The notes beneath the pieces were generated by a model. The model saw only the letters and a list, made by a program, of their open reading frames with translations. It made no database searches and was not told the origin of the DNA. Position numbers and translations under genes: made by a program. DNA of 64,000 nt, taken from the NCBI GenBank assembly GCA_963748475.1, contig CAVVIY010000001.1:195457-259456 (forward strand), written 5' to 3'. Below, one piece after another: positions 30,242-41,437 of the stretch; the first letter of the stretch is position 1, and the number at the start of each line of letters is the position of its first letter. This DNA comes from Candidatus Bathyarchaeota archaeon. Lineage in GTDB: Archaea; Thermoproteota; Bathyarchaeia; Bathyarchaeales; Bathycorpusculaceae.

Positions 30242-30799
30242 ATGCTTGCCAACAAAAAACATAAGCTCTCATGCAAAGTCTGGATAGAATACAAAGATAA
30301 ACCACTAATAGGCAAAGGCGGGGCCGAAATTCTCGAAGCCATCGATAAGGAAAACTCGATTTCTAAAGCTGCAGAAACGTTAGGAATGTCTTACCGTTAT
30401 GTTTGGAATTATCTGCATGATATTCAAAAGACGCTGGAGGAGCCAATTGTTGAAACTTTTAAAGGCGGAAAATCCGGAGGCGGCGGCGCAAGGTTAACTG
30501 ATTTAGGCAGAAGTTTGCTTGAGGAGTATAAGCAAGTTGAGAGCTACCTCGACAGGGTCTTATCGGATTCAGGCAGTTTGGAGGTGAAAGGTTTGAAGCT
30601 AAGTGCAAGGAACCGTTTTAAAGGAAAAGTTGTGAGTGTTGAGAAAGGCGTTATCACAGCCAAAGTTAAGGTTGAAGTAAAAGTGCCCGTAACTATTACG
30701 GCGGTTATAACTAAGGAAGCCGTTGAAGATTTAGACATTAAAGTTGGCGACGAAGTAGAAGCAATCATGAAATCAACGGAAGTAATGATTGCCAAATAA
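30242..30799 (+). CDS. modE: ModE-family molybdate-responsive regulator (wHTH + TOBE)
   Basis: SISKAAETLGMSYRYVW, GGKSGGGGARLT, SARNRFKG mop domain. Confidence 0.9.
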   Translation: MLANKKHKLSCKVWIEYKDKPLIGKGGAEILEAIDKENSISKAAETLGMSYRYVWNYLHDIQKTLEEPIVETFKGGKSGGGGARLTDLGRSLLEEYKQVESYLDRVLSDSGSLEVKGLKLSARNRFKGKVVSVEKGVITAKVKVEVKVPVTITAVITKEAVEDLDIKVGDEVEAIMKSTEVMIAK

Positions 30800-31156
30800 T
30801 TTTTTTCTCTGCGTCCATAAAGAGTATCACCTTTTTAGAAGTGGCTAATCAAAAGGGATACTCTCTTTTTGACACCTAAACCCTAACAAAAAGACTACCC
30901 TTCTCTCTTTCCCCACCCTCACCCAAATATTGGAGCAACAAGCTGAAAGATTCTGATTAAGCCTTCGAATCAACTTTGTTGAGTTAAAACTTGAGACATC
31001 CCGACACTTACCCGCAATTTTGAACTAATTCTCAATCAATAATGCGCTTACCCTGGTGCATCATTTTTAGACCTATTTTTGCTAGATAAAAAGTATCTAC
31101 TTACTATTATAGGCTGAAAACACCATATTGGTGCGAAAATTAAGATATATGTTTTT

Positions 31157-31711
31157 TTATTCTACTACGTACCTGTAAGTAATGTGTTCGCCTGCCGTTG
31201 TGCTTTTCCTTTTGATTTTCAGTATATCGCCTGGTTTGGCGCCGATTGCTTTAACCGCTGGGTCGCCTGATTCTATCTGCGGTATCTGGTAGGGCTTAAC
31301 TTTGTATTGGGCGAGAAGCTGGTTCTTTTCTTTTTCGCTTAAGATTTCGTGGAGGGGAACTAGTGCATGCTCGAAAATGTCAAAAACTGGGAAAGACTTG
31401 GGCAGTAATTCAACTTGTTTCTTCTTTGCGCCAAGTTTAACAGCGTGTGTGTAGCGTCCTTCAGTGACTACTATTGCGCGGTCGATTTCTTTTTCTTTCA
31501 TTACTTTATAGAGTGTATTCATGGCGGCGATACCGACGGTTGCTTCACCTAAAATGCACCAGACAATTGCTTTTTCTTTATCCTGTGGAATGTCGATGAT
31601 ATAACTTATTTCGCCGTCGTGTTTTTCTTTTTTAAGAAGCTTATATTTTCTCAGTTTGATAAGGACTTCTGCCTTTCGTTCTTCAATTGTTTCTGTTTTA
31701 GTGCTCAACAT
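31157..31711 (-). CDS. rpoH: RNA polymerase subunit Rpo5 with eukaryote-like RPB5 N-terminal domain
   Basis: C-terminal [10 protein letters not shown]...PQI...DPA...[18 protein letters not shown]...YRYV; ~105-aa N-terminal extension with VGIAAM...[12 protein letters not shown]. Confidence 0.92.
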   Translation of the reverse strand: MLSTKTETIEERKAEVLIKLRKYKLLKKEKHDGEISYIIDIPQDKEKAIVWCILGEATVGIAAMNTLYKVMKEKEIDRAIVVTEGRYTHAVKLGAKKKQVELLPKSFPVFDIFEHALVPLHEILSEKEKNQLLAQYKVKPYQIPQIESGDPAVKAIGAKPGDILKIKRKSTTAGEHITYRYVVE

Positions 31712-32079
31712 AAACCCTCAAGATGAGAATACGCGAAACCATAACAAACTATTACCCTTAAACTTTTCCCCTTAAATAGGGCGAAGCCAATCTGCCAAGT
31801 TTTTATAAAAAGTAAATGACTTAAGTTAATGGTCACGCCACAAAAAAACCTTAGACAAAACGAGGATGGCATCTATAAGAAACATAGGGGTCAATGCTGA
31901 AACTTGCGCTAAAGTAAAATCCTTCAGTCAATTATGCGCATATTGTAATAGGGCTGGCCGTTCTGGTTGAAGTGGTTTTAGTTATTCAGTCCCTAGTTTA
32001 TTGTAGGTATCGAAAAGTCAGAGTGCCTTAACTTGGTTTTTGCGAGCCTTAGTAGTGAACTAAGCAAAAAAATAATGGG

Positions 32080-32655
32080 TTAAGTATTTAGCTTTTTGAG
32101 AAGCCAAGCCATGTTTCGTCCTAAATCTTCCATGGTTTTCATGCCTTCTTTGTCTTTTTCAACTTCGCCCTTTTTGTTTCCAATGCCAATGTTCCAGTAC
32201 GAGGAGCCTGAGATAATCATTTGGTTAATCAAGAAGAAGTGGTTTATAGCGTCGAAAGTTGTCATCCCGCCCGCGCGTCTGACAGCAACGACTGCAGCTC
32301 CGACTTTGTACTTTAGCACATCAGGGGTGGCTCTAGCTACGAAACCCGCGCGGTCGATGAGCGCCTTCATTTCAGGCGACATCATGCCGAAGTATGTGGG
32401 AGACCCCAAGATTATGCCATCAGCTTCAACCATCTTTTGGATGTACACGTTAACGTTGTCATCCGTAATTACACAGCGTTGATTCTTTGTTTTGAAGCAT
32501 GCTCTGCAGGCTGTGCAGCCCCTGATTTGTTCGCCAGCAAGCTGGATTAGTTCAGTTTCTATGCTTTCTCCTTCGAGTGCTTTGAGCACGCGTTTTAGGA
32601 GTATGGCTGTATTACCATCTTTCCGTGCGCTTCCATTAAAAGCAACAACCTTCAT
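32080..32655 (-). CDS. Iron-sulfur flavoprotein / flavodoxin family
   Basis: [16 protein letters not shown]...C, GSPTYF, RRAGG. Confidence 0.88.
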   Translation of the reverse strand: MKVVAFNGSARKDGNTAILLKRVLKALEGESIETELIQLAGEQIRGCTACRACFKTKNQRCVITDDNVNVYIQKMVEADGIILGSPTYFGMMSPEMKALIDRAGFVARATPDVLKYKVGAAVVAVRRAGGMTTFDAINHFFLINQMIISGSSYWNIGIGNKKGEVEKDKEGMKTMEDLGRNMAWLLKKLNT

Positions 32656-32782
32656 TTTGAAAACCTCTAAATTATATCTCTAAAAGTTGGGATAAAAAAG
32701 TATTGTTAGGAACTGTTACGCTTTCTTATCGCTTGCAAATTACCGCTCGGTAGTGAGGCTTAGAGTTTCACGTTTGCAAGCG

Positions 32783-34147
32783 TTAGTCAAGATTGTATGC
32801 TTCTTCTCCATGCTGACTAATATCTAAGCCATCCTCTTCTTCTTTAGGACTCACTCTTAGTGGCGAGAAGAAATCTACGACTTTCAAAAGCGCGTAAGAA
32901 CCGCAAAATGCAAAGGCAGACACGACTAATACAGCAAGCACTTGGATGCCAAGTTGAGCAGGGTTGCCAAAGAATAATCCCTGCACGGCAGGATTAACTG
33001 CGGCGGTTGCGAATAAGCCTATTGCTACTGCGCCGATGATGCCGCCGATTCCGTGGCATGCGAAAACGTCTAATGTGTCATCTATTCTTGATCTCCCGGC
33101 TCTCCAGTTAGCCACCAAGTTGCAAACTATCCCTGCAACCAAACCAATAATCACTGCTGCAGTCAAACTAACGTAGCCCGAAGCTGCTGTAATAGCTGCC
33201 AAACCACATACCGAACCCACTGCAATGCCTACTGCTGAAGGCTTACCCTTGATTAACCAATCCATTATCATCCAGCTTACGGCTGCGGCAGCGGCTGCCA
33301 AGTTGGTAGCTACAACGGCTGAGACAGCAATGTTGTTGGCGGCTAATGCGCTGCCACCGTTGAAACCGAACCAGCCGAACCACAGTAACCCTGCGCCTAA
33401 AATCACATAGGGAATGTTGGTTGGTTTAAACTCGGTTCCTGCCGATGCTGGTTTGCTTGCGCCTTTTTGGTCTAAGGCTTTGAGTTGATCTTTCCAGTAA
33501 ACGCAGCCTTTTCTTCTGCCAACAACAAGCGCCGCTGCTAATGCAGATAATCCTGCAGTTGTATGTACAACTATGCCGCCTGCAAAATCCACGGCGCCCA
33601 AAACGTGTAACCATCCGTTGGGATTCCAAATCCAGCAAGCGATGGGCGAGTAAATGAGAGTGGACCACAAAACGACAAAGATCAGGAGTGATTTGAAACG
33701 GATTCTTTCCGCGCATGCGCCTATGATCAGTGCTGGCGTGATTGCGGCAAACTTGAGCTGGAACGCGAAGAATAGTATTGTTGGAATGGCTGGCGCGTTA
33801 GGGCTAACGGTATTTATGGTTATGCCGTTTAATCCCACGAGAGACAGGTTGCCTATTATTCCATCTATGCTTGGTCCATAAACGAGGCTATAGCCCCAAA
33901 AGAACCAAACTAGACTGACTACTGCAAAAATGATGATGCATTGGACTAGCGTCGAGACAAGGTTCTTTCTTCGGACTAAGCCGCCGTAAAAGAAAGCTAA
34001 GGCTGGGGTCATTAGCATTACAAGAGCCGTTGACATTAGAACCCAAGCGATGTCTGCTGCTCCCACGTTTGTTCCCTCGATAGCGTTATTACGGCTTATT
34101 TGTTCTTCTTTCTTGGCAAAACTAATATTTAAACTATGCATTCGCAT
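32783..34147 (-). CDS. amtB: Ammonium transporter (true start probably ~80 nt downstream of the ORF start)
   Basis: FFYGGLVRRKN, FAAIT, DFAGGIVVH, LWFGWFGFNGGS, DDTLDVFACHG. Confidence 0.95.
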   Translation of the reverse strand: MRMHSLNISFAKKEEQISRNNAIEGTNVGAADIAWVLMSTALVMLMTPALAFFYGGLVRRKNLVSTLVQCIIIFAVVSLVWFFWGYSLVYGPSIDGIIGNLSLVGLNGITINTVSPNAPAIPTILFFAFQLKFAAITPALIIGACAERIRFKSLLIFVVLWSTLIYSPIACWIWNPNGWLHVLGAVDFAGGIVVHTTAGLSALAAALVVGRRKGCVYWKDQLKALDQKGASKPASAGTEFKPTNIPYVILGAGLLWFGWFGFNGGSALAANNIAVSAVVATNLAAAAAAVSWMIMDWLIKGKPSAVGIAVGSVCGLAAITAASGYVSLTAAVIIGLVAGIVCNLVANWRAGRSRIDDTLDVFACHGIGGIIGAVAIGLFATAAVNPAVQGLFFGNPAQLGIQVLAVLVVSAFAFCGSYALLKVVDFFSPLRVSPKEEEDGLDISQHGEEAYNLD

Positions 34148-34430
34148 TGATAATGGTGATTATTCTGGATAAATGAAAAAAAAGCGCTTGTTATTAGTGC
34201 ATTCTTTCAACAAATTCTCTTTTTATAATTAGATTTATAAAAAAGCATCCAAAAATTAAGCCTTACAAAGACAACATTTTCGAAGGTTTTTTTTAAAAAA
34301 ATATCAATGCAATTGTAAAGTTGCGGTTATTCTTAGCGAAATTAAAGTCAGAGTTTCTTTTTAGCTTTTTATCTTGCCATTTTTAAGGACAAAAAAAGGG
34401 AAAATGATGTTGTGTTCGTTTGCTTTCGCC

Positions 34431-37118
34431 TTATGGTCGTTTTCTAAGCATCAGAATTGCCAGTACAGCGCCGATTATGACTATTACGATTATTACTGCT
34501 GCTATTCCTAACTCTACGGTTCCAGTCGATGCCAAGCCTGTAACAGGTGAAGCTGTCGGTGCCTGTGTTGGTGCCGCATTCATTACGTTGAAGCTTGTTG
34601 TATCTGATGATGGCCAGTAACCGTTGGTTCCAGCAAAGTTAGCGTAGACAGTGTAGTTGCCTGCTATGCTCGGTGTCCACGTGAGAGTGTACATTCCGTT
34701 TTCGTTGGTAGTTGCTTTGCCTATGTTGTAGTGGTTGCCATTAGAATCAGTGACGCTTAAAGTTACCTGGACACCGGTGAAGTTGGTTGGTTCAGGCTGC
34801 TGCTGGTAAACGTAGCCCATCCAATCTGTCATGCTAGCGTCAGATGCGCATGGAACTCCATTTGGAAAGTCAGCTGCTTGCTCTGTTGCCTTTGTACCAG
34901 CAGAAACATCCATCACCGTGCCTCTTATCACCACTGTTTGTCCAAATGATAGGCCGGTATCTGGTGCCGTAACTGTTGTAGCGCTTGGTCCTCTGCCATT
35001 GACGTAGATTTGGTTGTCATAACCGTTAAAGAAGTTTGCATACCCGTCTGCGATAGCAAAGCTTGTACCTGAAAACTCAGTAGTGTAACCCAGAAGAGTA
35101 TATATCTCCTTCCCAGTGGTGGCGTTAATAGCGCGCGTTAATGCACCCTTGTAAATCGGCGTCTCAACAGTGTGCGCAGTAGTAATCGTGTATACTACTC
35201 CGTTACCAACAGCGTTCACGAAGGTCGGGTAATCACCATAAGCATTTTGGAAGCCAGCGTTAGTACTGTTGCCTTCCCCGCCATTACCATACGTCCACAC
35301 TAAGCGTCCAGTCGTATCGTTATAACAGTATAGTATTCCGCCGTACCCACTGCTATAGAACAATCCGTTAGCAGCCTGCCCAGCCATGTCGCCAGATCCA
35401 GTGCTGCCATAATAGTCAAGCTGTTGTTGAGCCGGGGTTGGACCCCATATTTTCTGGCCTGTAGTCAAGCTGTATCCCACCCACTGCAAAGTCTCCCTAT
35501 AGCTTTCAAAAAACACATTGCTCTGAAAATCTGCTCCGCCGCTTACGACAGTGATGTTGCCTGCTGGCGGCTGTAATGTATTCCACCACTGCACCGAACC
35601 AACTGCACCCTTAGATGGGTTTAGGTTGACAGCAAAGTATGTGTAGGGAGCATTGCTTGCAGATGAAAAGGCTGATGGACTAGCAGGTAGAGAGCCATTG
35701 TAGCAAAGCAGCACATTCTGGGAAGCAGCAGCTATAGTAAATGATGAAGGCATAGTGTTTGCCCATGGTATCGAAACGTTCCAGGAATAAACGCTTGCAG
35801 CGCCTCCGTTAATATTGCCTGCAAGCACGCCAGTCGCCATTATACCCCATGTCCCTAGTTGGGATGAGTTCCACTCACTCAGATACCACTGGGGGTTTGT
35901 AGGCGTGCCATCGTTAAGCGCGACATACATCAAGTATTCTCCTTCCGGACCCATCACTGCTGGACTAACTATCGCTCCTGGCGGGGAACCTGGTATCCCG
36001 AAAACCGGGACCCCGGTTGAGGGAATGTTAGATACGTTGAACAAGTAGTCGCCTGTGTCGCCGTCATACCCCTTCCAACCGCCGTTTACGCTTGCAACCA
36101 GAATTGGTGGCCAAACTCCGTGGTAGTCGGGAGTCTGCATGTCATAGATGTAGCCGAATGACAGCGCAGGAACGTCAGTCCGAGACCAAATAAGTTGTCC
36201 TGTTTGCAGGTTAACGCAGTCAGTTGGTCCACTAGAAACTCCCGTTTCTGATACTGGTTCCGTGTAGTAGAGCATTCCGTCAAGTATTATCGGATTAACA
36301 TATCTCTGAACGTAAGCAGACCCTTCCATGTAGGTGTCTCCCTGAATAACAAAGCTGTTTCCTCCGACGACTCCTCCAGATTGAAGCGGCTTAGTCCACA
36401 TGATATGAGCAGTTTGAGGCCCCACGGCATCCGCGTGATAAAATTCCTCACCTGGTCCAACACCGCTGCTATAGCCTGGTGCACCGGTGCCAAGCCAGTT
36501 TGACGAAATCGACCACCAAGCAGTGTTCTCACCGAATATTGGGCGTGTCCAGTAAGCAGTCGGCAACGGCGAGCTACCTATGGCCGCAGGTAGCGGTGTT
36601 GACTGAACAGTGAACGTTGTTGATGCAGAACTGGCCAGATAGGTGTCGTTAACAAATTGATCAGGTACTAGAGGACCACCAAAGAAGCTCATTGGTACCA
36701 TGGATGCATGTGGGTATGCATTGATAGCCTGTCCTGGGAAAGTAAAGTTAAGTGTGTACGTGCCAACCTGAGTAGGAGTATAGTGAGTTAACTGATTTGA
36801 TGTTGGATCCTGTATAGTATCCCAAGTCTGTTTTGTAGTTGCACCATTAGGCGCTGTAATGGTAAGCTCGAAGTTATGGAATCTATAGTTGTTTGTTACC
36901 GCTGCCTGGTCATAAACCTGGTTGACCCATATAAAAATGGCCACTGATTGACCGACGCCTACAGGGTTAGGTGCCACAGCAATGTAAGCGAACGTTGGAA
37001 TATTCCATGCCGGCGTGTGCGCGTTAACATTTGGTACAACCATCATAGCAGCTCCCATCGAAATCATTAAGAATAAAGCAATAGCAATAGCCACAGTCTT
37101 GTTTTTAGCAATTTGCAT
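34431..37118 (-). CDS. Large secreted PQQ-like beta-propeller surface protein with C-terminal TM anchor
   Basis: Signal peptide, repeated TGxxxW motifs, Ig-like C-terminal domain, TM + LRKRP; paralog of 57630-60311. Confidence 0.85.
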   Translation of the reverse strand: MQIAKNKTVAIAIALFLMISMGAAMMVVPNVNAHTPAWNIPTFAYIAVAPNPVGVGQSVAIFIWVNQVYDQAAVTNNYRFHNFELTITAPNGATTKQTWDTIQDPTSNQLTHYTPTQVGTYTLNFTFPGQAINAYPHASMVPMSFFGGPLVPDQFVNDTYLASSASTTFTVQSTPLPAAIGSSPLPTAYWTRPIFGENTAWWSISSNWLGTGAPGYSSGVGPGEEFYHADAVGPQTAHIMWTKPLQSGGVVGGNSFVIQGDTYMEGSAYVQRYVNPIILDGMLYYTEPVSETGVSSGPTDCVNLQTGQLIWSRTDVPALSFGYIYDMQTPDYHGVWPPILVASVNGGWKGYDGDTGDYLFNVSNIPSTGVPVFGIPGSPPGAIVSPAVMGPEGEYLMYVALNDGTPTNPQWYLSEWNSSQLGTWGIMATGVLAGNINGGAASVYSWNVSIPWANTMPSSFTIAAASQNVLLCYNGSLPASPSAFSSASNAPYTYFAVNLNPSKGAVGSVQWWNTLQPPAGNITVVSGGADFQSNVFFESYRETLQWVGYSLTTGQKIWGPTPAQQQLDYYGSTGSGDMAGQAANGLFYSSGYGGILYCYNDTTGRLVWTYGNGGEGNSTNAGFQNAYGDYPTFVNAVGNGVVYTITTAHTVETPIYKGALTRAINATTGKEIYTLLGYTTEFSGTSFAIADGYANFFNGYDNQIYVNGRGPSATTVTAPDTGLSFGQTVVIRGTVMDVSAGTKATEQAADFPNGVPCASDASMTDWMGYVYQQQPEPTNFTGVQVTLSVTDSNGNHYNIGKATTNENGMYTLTWTPSIAGNYTVYANFAGTNGYWPSSDTTSFNVMNAAPTQAPTASPVTGLASTGTVELGIAAVIIVIVIIGAVLAILMLRKRP

Positions 37119-37185
37119 TTTTCTTTTCTCCTTTAAATTTGTGGTTTTCCATATAACTGAATTTATTTATAAGTTTATGGATACG

Positions 37186-37360
37186 TTTGAGACAAGATAC
37201 GTTGATGCACCCATGCCGATTAAGACTGCGATTTACGACGAAAAGAAAGCGAACATGGGCGTTTAGACAATATACAATGGTGAAATCGCGCCCAGTTTGT
37301 GGTCAGAAAATCCACATTTAGTAAAAGTGATTACGTTTACTTTGAAAATATGTGGAACAG
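37186..37360 (+). pseudogene. C-terminal remnant of a TrmB-like regulator
   Basis: FETRYVDAPMPIKTAIYDEKKANMGV*TIYNGEIAPSLWSENPHLVK...YFENMWN aligns with the C-terminus of 56517-57329. Confidence 0.7.
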
Positions 37361-37453
37361 GACGCAAGATTCACCATATCACCCTATTTAAGCAGAAAAA
37401 TATTTTCTTGGAATAAAAAGAATTCGGGCTGTTAAGCCTTACGACTTACAGCT

Positions 37454-37517
37454 CTAGTCCAGTTGATACGCTTCTTCTCCACGCTGACTAGGATCTAAGC
37501 CATCCTCTCCTTCTTTA
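37454..37517 (-). pseudogene. 3' remnant of an amt gene
   Basis: Close nucleotide similarity to 32783-32846; translates KEGEDGLDPSQRGEEAYQLD*. Confidence 0.75.
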
Positions 37518-37707
37518 TTCTAAGGCTAAATATTGATAAATGTTCAATTAGCCGCTTGTTAGCTAAAATTTTCGTACAATAATTAGTCAAAAAGGCATAT
37601 TAAAATAAAATTGTCCAAAAAATGACGTTATTGCGGTAAGTTGTCTAATAATAAAATTGGTAATAATACAAAATTAGGAAAATATGAAAAAAGAGCTTGG
37701 TTATGCT

Positions 37708-38981
37708 CTAATCTAGTTGAAAGGCTTCTTCACCATGTTCGGCTAGGTCTAAACCTGCATCTTCTGCTTCCTCGCTAACACGCAGTGGCGAGAATACGTT
37801 CACAAATTTAAGCAGTAAGTAGGAACCGAAGAATGCAAATGGCACCACCACGCCAATTGCTAACAATTGAGGAATCATTTGGCCTGGGTTTCCGAAGAAT
37901 AAGCCGCTTGCACCGTTTATCGCTGCTGATGCGAATAAGCCTGTTGCGATTGAACCCCAAATTCCGCCGACGCCATGGCATGCAAACACATCCAATGCGT
38001 CGTCTATTCTTGATCTGCCTGCTCTCCAGTTAGCTACCAAGTTGCAGATAACTCCTGCTACTAAACCAATTATTAATGCTGATGGTACGTTGACGTAGCC
38101 TGATGCAGGCGTAATTGCAACTAATCCAACAACGGCACCAGCAGCGATACCTACTGCTGATGGTTTCCCTTTAATTACCCAGTCTGCAAGCATCCAGCTT
38201 ATAGAGGCAGCTGCTGCTGCTAAGTTTGTAACTACAAGCGCTGAAACGGCTAAGTCGTTTGCGGCTAACGCACTACCAGCATTGAAGCCAAACCAGCCAA
38301 ACCACAATAACGCTGCGCCTAGCAGTACATAGGGGATGTTGGTTGGTTTGAATTCTGCTGAATGGTTTTTTTGATCCAACGATTTCATATGATTCTGCCA
38401 CGGGACCGCGCATCCTTTTCTTCTGCCTACTACAACCGCTGCTGCTAACGCTGAAATGCCTGCTGAAATGTGTACCACTATGCCTCCGGCGAAGTCAATG
38501 GCGCCAAAGACGTGAAGCCAACCGGTTGGATTCCATACCCAGCAGGCTATCGGTGCAATAGATAAGTGTAGACCAGAGTATCATGAAGATAAGTAGTGAT
38601 TTGAATCTGAATCTTTCTGCGCAGGCTCCAATGATTAGTGCTGGTGTGATGGCTGCGAACTTGAGTTGGAATGCGAATTGTAATAGTTGAGGAATTTGTG
38701 GGGCAAGTGCAGTGTTAACCGTATCTATGCTTAGGTTGTTCATGCCTAGTAGGTTCGGGCTCCAGCCGATCAAGCCGTTGATAGCTGGTGCCGAACACAA
38801 GCATGTAGCCCCATAGTGCCCAGATTATGCTTACGACTGCGAATATTACGAAGCATTGAACAATCGTTGATACCAGGTTTTTCCTTCGCACAAGACCTCC
38901 ATAGAAGAATCCTAATGCTGGCGTCATTATCATGACTAGTGCTGTTGCGGTTATGACCCATGCTATGTCTCCTGCCGCCAT
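37708..38981 (-). CDS. amtB: Second ammonium transporter, two frameshifts
   Basis: ORFs 38715-38981, 38495-38800 and 37708-38478 together give a complete Amt. Confidence 0.88.
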
Positions 38982-39303
38982 TTTTCACTTTGCCTCTTTT
39001 GACATTTGTTTACTTGTTTATTTTTTACCTCTACACCTATCGTATAGTTATATTTAAAATATACGCATATGAAACACATTAGTGCTTAGTGATGTGCGTT
39101 TGTTGATTATATCAGTCTATCAGACAATGTTCATCCAATTTTTCACCCAAATATAGCCTGATAATAAAAAATCGTTCAAAATTAAGCCTATAATTGAAAG
39201 TCTCTAAGCTATGGAAATAGAGAAGTTTCTGCATACCTTGCACAAATTTACAGGTTTAAGTTAAAATGTTGACAAAAAACTGCATAACAATCGGTACAAA
39301 TTC

Positions 39304-40991
39304 TCAGCTTTTTCCTTTCCCACGCTTTCTTAGCATTAACACTACTGCAATTATTGCTACAATGGCTACGGCAGTCGCTATTCCAAGATTGCGTCTTGAG
39401 TTAGACTTGGCTGCGGTGTAGGGCTCGGAGAAGGATAGGTTGATGTGAACACGATGGATACTTGATGTGTGCTGAAATGGGTTGTGTACCATACGTAGTA
39501 GTTGTTACTGTCTTGTGTATAGCCATGGTTTGACGCTGGTTGACCGTCAATGTAGATTGTCGGCGTGGTTCCATAAGGTACTGCACTTATTGGGATAGTT
39601 ATATTGCTGAAGCCTGTGGCTCCGCTTTGCCCAGTTACAGTAAAAGACACTGTGGTTGTCTTGGCGGACTGGTTTGTCGCGATTGTGACGTTGGACATCT
39701 GTGAGCTGGTTACGTTTCCGTTGATTGTAAGGTCAACTGTTTCGCCACTGTCCGCCGTCGCTGGCACAGTCGTTGCTGATGAAGTTGGTGTTGGTAATGG
39801 TGTTGTTGGAGTAGGAATAGTTGTAGGTATAGGTGTTGGAGTGGGTGTTGAGGACGGAGATGGCGTAGGTGAACCACCAAAAGCATAAACAGTGCCGGCA
39901 TCGGTGCCGACGTAGACTACGCCGTCGACAACAGCCGGAGACGAATCAACTATGTAATCAGTGGTGTAACTCCAGAGTACGCTGCCAGTAGTAGCGTTAA
40001 AAGCATAAACATTATCATCTTCTGAGCCTATGTAGACTACGCCGTCGACAACAGCAGGAGACGAAGCAACACTACAGTTCCCAGTATTGTAATTCCAGAG
40101 TTTGGTGCCTGTAGCAGCGTTCAAAGCATAAACGTTATAGTCAAATGAGCCGACATAAACTACGCTGCCAAGAACAGCAGGAGACGAAGCAACAGGTGCG
40201 CCGGTGGGGTAATTCCAGAGTTTGGTGCCTGTAGCAGCGTTCAAAGCATAAACGTTATTGTCGCATGAGCCTATGTAGACTACGCCGTCGACAACCGCGG
40301 GAGACGAAACAACCCAGAAGCCGGTGGGGTAATTCCAGAGTTTGGTGCCTGTAGCAGCGTTCAAAGCATAAACGTTATTGTCAATGAGCCTATGTAGACT
40401 ACGCCGTCGACAACAGCCGGAGACGAATATACCGCGCCGCCAGTAGTGTAATTCCAGATACAGTCGCCTGTAGCGGCGTTTAAAGCATAAACGTTACTGA
40501 TTGTAGGAGCCTATGTAGACTACGCCGTCGACAACAGCCGGAGACGAATAAACAGGTGCGCTGGTGTTGTAACTCCAGATATAGTCGCCGTTAACAGCGT
40601 TCAAAGCGTAAACATTATCGTCATCTGAGCCGAAGTAGACTACGCCGTTGGCTACAGCAGGAGACGAACTAACCGCGTTGCCAAAAAACCCAAGGTCGGT
40701 GGTGTAATTCCAGAGTTTGGTGCCTGTAGTAGCGTTCATAGCATAAATGTTGCCATCACCCGAGCCTACGTAGACTACGCCGTCGACAACAGCAAGAGAA
40801 GAATGAACAAATGCGCCCATAGCGTCTTTCCAAAGCAGCGTGGGAGTAAGCGCCGGATTGCCTGTTCCTGCACCGCTGCGAGACGGGTCCGAGCGAAACA
40901 TTATCCAGTCAGCGTTAGCAAACGGAATCAAAAATATGCTTGAAAGAAAAATTATGCAAACTACTGCTGCTACCACATGTAACCTGCTCAC
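39304..40991 (-). CDS. PQQ-repeat (BamB-like) beta-propeller surface protein with Pro/Thr linker and TM anchor; frameshifted
   Basis: ~40-aa repeats SSPAVVDGVVYIGSxDxNVYALNAxTGxxxW across three ORFs. Confidence 0.85.
39895..40800. repeat. ~120-bp intragenic tandem repeats (propeller blades)
   Basis: TAATTCCAGAGTTTGGTGCCTGTAGCAGCGTTCAAAGCATAAACGTTAT recurs at ~40090, 40210 and 40330. Confidence 0.85.
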
Positions 40992-41437
40992 GTGTATAAA
41001 GCACCATTTGTCCTTTAGCTTAAAGAACTATTAAAGGTCTTTTGCTATCCGTTCTCTAACACGCCCCAAAGGCTAACAGCAGATCAAAATTTTAGAGCGT
41101 GTCCCTTAAGTTATTCTGAGTATCGTTTTGAATACCGCTTTCTTCAATTATGCGTGAAAGCGCAACTTTCAGTTGAATTAAAAACTTTCACTTGGTAATT
41201 GTGTATATCCCCTTTCTGTAAGCCCCTTGGTTAACATGGATTTCTCTTTGTCCATAAGAGACCCGAGAGTTATCAGAATCCGTTGCTGATCTGGAGGCTC
41301 GAACCGATACATCTTAAATACTCTTTATATAATACGCAGAGATTCTCTGAACAAGCCTTAGGTGAAGCAAGAGCCGTTTTAGATGGGACATCAAAGAAAC
41401 GTGACAAACCCAATCACAAACTAAAAGGTGGAAAAAA

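Noticed and set aside
30820..30868. Hairpin AGAGTATC...GATACTCT downstream of modE
   Set aside because: Single copy between convergent genes; cannot be distinguished from an ordinary terminator-like structure.
39895..40800. Diversity-generating retroelement TR/VR pair
   Set aside because: The repeats are in-frame propeller blades, differences are not adenine-specific, and there is no reverse transcriptase in the window.
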